DNA of 64,000 nucleotides, from NCBI RefSeq assembly GCF_009914755.1, contig NC_060927.1; one strand, 5' to 3'. This document shows, one piece after another, positions 47,829 through 64,000 of the stretch (position 1 is its first letter; the number at the start of each line of letters is the position of its first letter). Both the position numbers and the translations under genes were made by a program. The notes beneath the pieces are model-generated. The model did not search any database. It was not told the DNA's origin and saw only the letters and a program-made list of their open reading frames with translations. The stretch comes from the human T2T-CHM13v2.0 reference genome, Homo sapiens.

Positions 47829-48690
47829 CCTTTGCTGCTTAGAAATGTCTTCTATGAGATTGCTATTTCATCACTCTTACATTCAGCTTTCCACAAAGCT
47901 CAAGGGCATGGACACAATGCAGCCAGGTTTTTTGCTACTATATAACAAGGGTGGCCTTTACTCAAGTTTCCAGTAAGCTATTCTACATTTCCATCAAAGA
48001 ACTCATCAGAATGGCTTTTACTGGTCATATTTCTATCAGCATTCTGGTCATGACCACTTAACCAATATCTAGAAAGTTCCCAACTTTCCTTAGTCTCATT
48101 TCCCATTTACTGGACCCTCACCAAAAAATCACCCTTAGTACTCCATTCATGGGAATACAGGCTTTTTCTAGCCTGTTCCTCCTAATTCTTCCAGCTACAA
48201 CCCATTACCCAGTTTCAAAGCTGCTTTCACGTTTTCAGGTATCTGTATAGTAACACTCCAGTCTCAGTACTAATTTCCTGTCTTAGTCCATTTTCTGTTG
48301 CTATAACAAAATATCTGAGAGTGGGTAATGTATAAAGGAAAGAGGTTTATTTAGCTTATAATTCTGGAGGCTAGAAGGTCCAAGATTGGGCAGCCCCATC
48401 TGGACAGCCTCTGTGAAGGCCTCATGCTGAATCATAATATGGCGGAGAAGCAGGAGTGTGCAAAGTGGGCAAAACATGAGAGACAACCTCGCTTTATAAC
48501 AACCTACTCTCATGGGAGCTAATCCATTCCCAAGAGAACTAACACAGTGTTATGAGAAACACATCAATCCATCTTAATGACCTAATCACCTCTTAAAGGA
48601 ACCACCTCCCCACACTGCCATATTGGGCAGCCTCAACCAAGCCTCAACATGAGTTTTGGTGGGAACAAATCATATTTTAACCATAGCTCT
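47829..48690 (-). mobile_element. MST-type MaLR internal fragment plus LTR
   Basis: MST-int-like cctttgctgcttagaaat..ggacacaatgcagccag, then LTR starting tgtcttagtccattttctgttgctataac at about 48279. Confidence 0.75.
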
Positions 48691-49647
48691 GTTAAATAAA
48701 TTTAATTAAAAAGTAATAAACTTCCAAAATAGCATCAGGCCCAGATGGGTTAATAAGATAATTTTACCAAATACTTAAGGAAGAAATTAAACCAACTGTA
48801 ATTGGTATAATCTCTCCTAGAAAATAGAAACAGAGGGAATACTCCCTAACCCATTCTATGAGGCCAGCATTACCCTAATATCCAAACCAAAGACATTATA
48901 AGAAAGGAAAACTACAGACCAATATCTCTCATGAACATAGATGCAAAAATAATCAACAGATATTAGCAAACCTAATATAATAATGTGGACAAAGATGATA
49001 CACCATGACTACGTGGGATTTATCCCAGGTATGAAAAATCAGAAAATCAGTTAATGTAATCCATCACATTGACAGGCTAAAGAAGAAAAATCTCATAGTT
49101 ATGTCACTAGATGTAGGAAAGTCATTTGACAAAATCTAATATTCATTTATGATTTTAAGTTTCTCAGAAAGCTGGGAATAGAAGAGATTCTTATTCAACT
49201 TGATAAGGAACATCTATTTTTTAAAAGACCTACAGCAAACATCATATTTAATGGTGACAAACTAGATGCTTTCCCACTAAGATCAAGAATGAGTCAAAGA
49301 GGTCCACTCTCACCATTCTTATTATACATCCCTCTGGGAGTCCTGGTAAATGCAACAAGAAAAGAAATGACATGAAAAATATACAAATTGGGAAGGAAGA
49401 AATAAAACTGTCTTTGTTCACAGATGTCATGAGTGTCTGTAATGGAAATCCCAAAATATCAACAAAAAAGCTCCTGAACTATAGCAAGGTTGCAGGATAT
49501 AAGGCTAATAAACAAAAGTCATACTCGTGTCTCTTTGGGCCTGAAAAAAGACCCAAAGAAATGAAAAAAGAAATTTTTTAAAAGTCAATTTCTTTCTTTT
49601 ATACTAGCCATAAACAATTGGAATATGAATTTTTTTTTTTTTTTTGA

Positions 49648-49806
<159 letters not shown>

Positions 49807-51404
49807 TAGTAGAGACGGGGTTTCACCATGTTGGCCCAGCTGGTCTCAAACTCCTGACCTCAGGCAATCTGCCCACCTCGGCCTCCCAAAGTGCTAAGAT
49901 TATAGGTGTGAGCCACCACGCCCGGCCAAAATTTGAAATTTAAAATGTAATACCATTTACATTAGCACCCCCAAAAATCAAATACTTAAGTATAAATCTA
50001 ACACAATATCTACAAGATGCATATGAGGAAAACGACAAAACTTTGATGAAAGAAATACATGTTAAAAACAAAGATCTAAAAACAGAGAGATGCTCCATGT
50101 ACATATATGAATTGTACATTGTCAAGAAGTCAGTTCTTCTCAACTTGACCTACAGATTTGATGCAATTCCAACCAAAATCCTTCCAAGTTATTTTGTAGT
50201 GGCAAACTGATTCTAAAATTTATATGGAGAGTCACAAGACCCAGAATGTCCAACACGATATTGAAGGAGATCAAAGTCAGGATCAACACCACTCAACTTC
50301 AAAACTTACTACAAAGCTACATCAATCAAGACAGTGTGATGCTGGTGAATGAATAGACAAATAGATCAATAAAGCAGAATAGTAAGCCCAGAAATAGACT
50401 CATAGAAATAATATAAACAACAGATTTTTAACAAAGGAACAAAGGCAATTCAAGTAAGAAAGGATAGTCTTTTCAATAAATAGTGCTGGAATCCATATCC
50501 ACGTGCCAACACAAGGAGAACATGGGGGAGGGCAGAATCCAGTCACAGACCTTGCATCTTTCACAAAAATTAGCTCAAAATGTATCACAGATGCAAAACT
50601 ATAAAACTCCTAGAAGATAACATAGGAAAAAATCTAGGGACCTTGGGTTTGACAATGACTTTTTAGATACACCAAAAGCATGACCCCATGAAAGAAAAAA
50701 AATATGGTAAGTTGGATCTCATTAAAATGAAAAATGTTTGCTCTGCAAAACACATTGTTCAGAGAATGAAAAGACAAGAAGCCATAGACTTGAAGAAAAT
50801 ATTTGCAAAGCTCATATCTGATAAAGGACTGGCATCCAAAATATACAAAGAACTCTTAAAACTCAACAATAAGAAAACAACTAGATTTACAATTTTTAAG
50901 TAGATTTCAAAACAGACAAAAGATCTGAACACACACCTCACCAAGGAAAATGCACAAATAGAAAATAAATATATGAAAAGATGCTCCATATCATATATCA
51001 TTAGAGAAATGCAAATTAAAACAATAATGAGATACCACTATACACCTATTAGAATGGCTAAAATCCAAAATACAACACCAAATACTGTCAAAGATGTAGA
51101 ACAGCAAGAAGCTTCATTTATTAATGGTGTGAACACAAACTGGCATAACCACTTTGGAAGACAGTTTGGCAGTTTCTTTTTTTTTTTTTTTTTTTTTTTA
51201 TTATACTCTAAGTTTTAGGGTACATGTGCACATTGTGCAGGTTAGTTACATATGTATACATGTGCCATGCTGGTGCGCTGCACCCACTAATGTGTCATCT
51301 AGCATTAGGTATATCTCCCAATGCTATCCCTCCCCCCTCCCCCGACCCCACCACAGTCCCCAGAGTGTGATATTCCCCTTCCTGTGTCCATGTGATCTCA
51401 TTGT

Positions 51405-55257
<3,853 letters not shown>

Positions 55258-55296
55258 TCATTAGTTGATGCAGTTTCTTCCTAGTCTCGATGGTCT

Positions 55297-56313
55297 TTAC
55301 ATTTTGGCATGATTTTGCAGCGGCTGGTACCGGTTGTTCCTTTCCATGTTTAGCGCTTCCTTCAGGAGCTCTTTTAGGGCAGGCCTGGTGGTGACAAAAT
55401 CTCTCAGCATTTGCTTGTCTATAAAGTATTTTATTTCTCCTTCACTTATGAAGCTTAGTTTGGCTGGATATGAAATTCTGGGTTGAAAATTCTTTTCTTT
55501 AAGAATGTTGAATATTGGCCCCCACTCTCTTCTGGCTTGTAGGGTTTCTGCCGAGAGATCCGCTGTTAGTCTGATGGGCTTTCCTTTGAGGGTAACCCGA
55601 CCTTTCTCTCTGGCTGCCCTTAACATTTTTTCCTTCATTTCAACTTTGGTGAATCTGACAATTATGTGTCTTGGAGTTGCTCTTCTCGAGGAGTATCTTT
55701 GTGGCGTTCTCTGTATTTCCTGAATCTGAACGTTGGCCTGCCTTGCTAGATTGGGGAAGTTCTCCTGGATAATATCCTGCAGAGTGTTTTCCAACTTGGT
55801 TCCATTCTCCACATCACTTTCAGGTACACCAATCAGACGTAGATTTGGTCTTTTCACATAGTCCCATATTTCTTGGAGGCTTTGCTCATTTCTTTTTATT
55901 CTTTTTTCTCTAAACTTCCCTTCTCGCTTCATTTCATTCATTTCATCTTCCATTGCTGATACCCTTTCTTCCAGTTGATCGCATCGGCTCCTGAGGCTTC
56001 TGCATTCTTCACGTAGTTCTCGAGCCTTGGTTTTCAGCTCCATCAGTTCCTTTAAGCACTTCTCTGTATTGGTTATTCTAGTTATACATTCTTCTAAATT
56101 TTTTTCAAAGTTTTCAACTTCTTTGCCTTTGGTTTGAATGTCCTCCCGTAGCTCAGAGTAATTTGATCGTCTGAAGCCTTCTTCTCTCAGCTCGTCAAAA
56201 TCATTCTCCATCCAGCTTTGTTCTGTTGCTGGTGAGGAACTGCGTTCCTTTGGAGGAGGAGAGGCGCTCTGCGTTTTAGAGTTTCCAGTTTTTCTGTTCT
56301 GTTTTTTCCCCAT
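55297..56313 (-). CDS. L1 ORF1p (338 aa RNA-binding protein), intact
   Basis: MGKKQNRKTGNSK...NHAKM; REKG and ARR motifs intact. Confidence 0.97.
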   Translation of the reverse strand: MGKKQNRKTGNSKTQSASPPPKERSSSPATEQSWMENDFDELREEGFRRSNYSELREDIQTKGKEVENFEKNLEECITRITNTEKCLKELMELKTKARELREECRSLRSRCDQLEERVSAMEDEMNEMKREGKFREKRIKRNEQSLQEIWDYVKRPNLRLIGVPESDVENGTKLENTLQDIIQENFPNLARQANVQIQEIQRTPQRYSSRRATPRHIIVRFTKVEMKEKMLRAAREKGRVTLKGKPIRLTADLSAETLQARREWGPIFNILKEKNFQPRISYPAKLSFISEGEIKYFIDKQMLRDFVTTRPALKELLKEALNMERNNRYQPLQNHAKM

Positions 56314-57220
56314 CTTTGTGGTTTTATCTACTTTTGGTCTTTGATGATGGTGATGTACAGATGGGTTTTCGGTGCAGATGTCCTTTCTGGTTGTTAGTTT
56401 TCCTTCTAACAGACAGGACCCTCAGCTGCAGGTCTGTTGGAATACCCTGCCGTGTGAGGTGTCAGTGTGCCCCTGCTGGGGGGTGCCTCCCAGTTAGGCT
56501 GCTCGGGGGTCAGGGGTCAGGGACCCACTTGAGGAGGCAGTCTGCCCGTTCTCAGATCTCCAGCTGCGTGCTGGGAGAACCACTGCTCTCTTCAAAGCTG
56601 TCGGACAGGGACATTTAAGTCTGCAGAGGTTACTGCTGTCTTTTTGTTTGTCTGTGCCCTGCCCCCAGAGGTGGAGCCTACAGAGGCAGGCAGGCCTCCT
56701 TGAGCTGTGGTGGGCTCCACCCAGTTCGAGCTTCCCGGCTGCTTTGTTTACCTAAGCAAGCCTGGGCAATGGTGGGCGCCCCTCCCCCAGCCTCGTTGCC
56801 ACCTTGCAGTTTGATCTCAGACTGCTGTGCTAGCAATCAGCGAGATTCCGTGGGCGTAGGACCCTCTGAGCCAGGTGTGGGATATAGTCTCGTGGTGCGC
56901 CGTTTCTTAAGCCGGTCTGAAAAGCGCAATATTCGGGTGGGAGTGACCCGATTTTCCAGGTGCGTCCGTCACCCCTTTCTTTGACTCGGAAAGGGAACTC
57001 CCTGACTCCTTGCGCTTCCCAGGTGAGGCAATGCCTCGCCCTGCTTCGGCTCGCGGACGGTGCGCACACACACTGGCCTGCGCCCACTGTCTGGCACTCC
57101 CTAGTGAGATGAACCCGGTACCTCAGATGGAAATGCAGAAATCACCCGTCTTCTGCGTCGCTCACGCTGGGAGCTGTAGACCGGAGCTGTTCCTATTCGG
57201 CCATCTTGGCTCCTCCTCCA
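56314..57220 (-). promoter_or_regulatory. L1HS 5'UTR: internal sense promoter (YY1 site CAAGATGGCC), antisense promoter, CpG island
   Basis: Complete 5'UTR sequence. Confidence 0.9.
56769..56984 (+). CDS. L1 antisense ORF0 (71 aa, MVGAPPPASLPP...RHPFL)
   Basis: ATG at 56769; 216 nt; matches primate L1 ORF0 with A2V. Confidence 0.85.
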   Translation: MVGAPPPASLPPCSLISDCCASNQRDSVGVGPSEPGVGYSLVVRRFLSRSEKRNIRVGVTRFSRCVRHPFL

Positions 57221-58409
57221 GCAGTTTCTTATAAAACTAAATATATTTTGCCATATGATCTGGCAATTGCACTCAGTCTTTTTAATCAGGTGAGTTGGAA
57301 GCTTATGTCCAAACAAAAACCTACACACACATGTTTATAGCATTTTTTTAATAATTGACAAAACTTGGAAGGAACCAAGATATACTTCAATAGGTAAATA
57401 AATAAGCAAACTGTAGGATAGCCATACAACAGAATATTATTCAGCAATTTTAAAAAGAGCTATCAAGCCATGAAAAGACATGGAGGAACTTTAAATGCAC
57501 ATTGCTAAGTTAAAGACACCAATCTGAAAAGGCTACATACTGCATGATTCCTACCATATGACATTCTGGAAAGGGCAAAACTATGAAGACAATAAAAAAG
57601 ATCAGTTGTTGTGAGGATTCGGGGAGTGGGGAAGAGGGAAGGTGAGATGGATAGGGAAGACAGGGTATTTTTAAGGCAGTGAAACTATACAACGTGATAC
57701 TCTAATTGTGGATACATTTTATTATACATATGTCTAAAGTTATAGAATATACCAAACAAAGAGTAAACTCTATGAGCTTAGTCAATAATGTGTCAATATT
57801 CACTCATCAATCGTAACAAATGTACCACACTAATGCAAAATGTTAATAAAAGGGGAAAGTGGATGGGGAGGTTAAAAGAATATATGTGAACTCTGTACTT
57901 TCACTCATTTTTTCTGAAAAACTAAAACTGCCCAAATATAGAGTCTGCTAATTTTTAAAAGATAGAAATGAAAAATAGATCAGTAGTTTCCAGGGGTTGG
58001 TGGCTATGTGTGGTTGACTATAAAAAAGGATGGCATAGGGAAATTTTTAGAGTGATAACACTGTGCTACATGGTACAGGGTGTTTGATACACAGGCTCTA
58101 CGCATAGAACTGTACATCCACAAAGAACAAATTTGAAAGTGGGAACATTTTAAAATTCAACCAAGAAGTCAGGAGGTCTTGGTCTGAAACACAGACTGTG
58201 ATGAAATAATCTAACTATATTACAAATGTTGACATAATCTTACTGAAGGGGATGTGGGAAAAGGTAACCGACTTAAGTAAATTTGGAAAAATGGTATTTG
58301 ACTGGAATCTCTACAGAGTTAACACTAGTTTGTAAAGTTTTTCTCACAGAGGTACAGGTTACAATTCTGAAACTGCTTTACATGTACAGTGGAGTAGAAA
58401 AAATGAATA

Positions 58410-58600
58410 CTGTCATGTACTGCAGAGCAACCATTTGGTCAAGGATGGACCATATATATGACAGTGATCCCATAAAATTATAATAGAGCTGAAAAATTCC
58501 TATTGCCTAGTGATGTCATAGCCATCGTAACATCATAGCGCAATGCATAACTCACCCGTTCGTATTAATGCTGGTGTAAATAAAACTACTGCACTGCCAG
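58410..58600. mobile_element. Tigger3/MER7-type fragment interrupted by the following L1
   Basis: gagctgaaaaattcctattgcctagtgatgtcatagccatcgtaac..ctgcactgccag. Confidence 0.7.

Positions 58601-64000
<5,400 letters not shown>

Overview
Primate (almost certainly human) genomic DNA: Alu-rich, with an L1HS element. From sequence recall it is the 3p21.31 testis serine-protease (TESSP) cluster. The left 25 kb holds three tandem minus-strand trypsin-family genes, PRSS46P, PRSS45P and PRSS43P. Their exons can be reconstructed from splice sites and reading phase, and each carries a visible disabling lesion. PRSS46P exon 4 is fused to an Alu fragment and the rest of that exon is lost. PRSS45P has a GT>AT donor mutation plus an in-frame TGA in a candidate upstream exon; that exon lies in a CpG island at 18.5-19.1 kb that also carries a candidate signal-peptide exon and a germline-type promoter. 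PRSS43P has a CGA>TGA stop and a 1-bp frameshift before its GPI-type tail. The right 39 kb is almost entirely nested transposons: old L1M, Alus, MaLR LTRs, Tigger/MER elements, a 5'-truncated young L1PA inserted in an Alu linker, a full-length L1HS Ta-0 (intact ORF1 and ORF0, ORF2 with one +1 frameshift, 10-bp TSD) and an older L1PA running off the right edge. The least expected signals are rare variants shared between the two co-oriented young L1s (probable interlocus gene conversion), a 271-bp local templated insertion into a palindromic (TA)n array, a second 54-bp templated insertion, and a polyadenylated 3' U6 fragment. I see no prokaryote-type system (CRISPR etc.) and no convincing wholly new multi-gene system. 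Repeat boundaries and subfamily calls were made by eye and are approximate.
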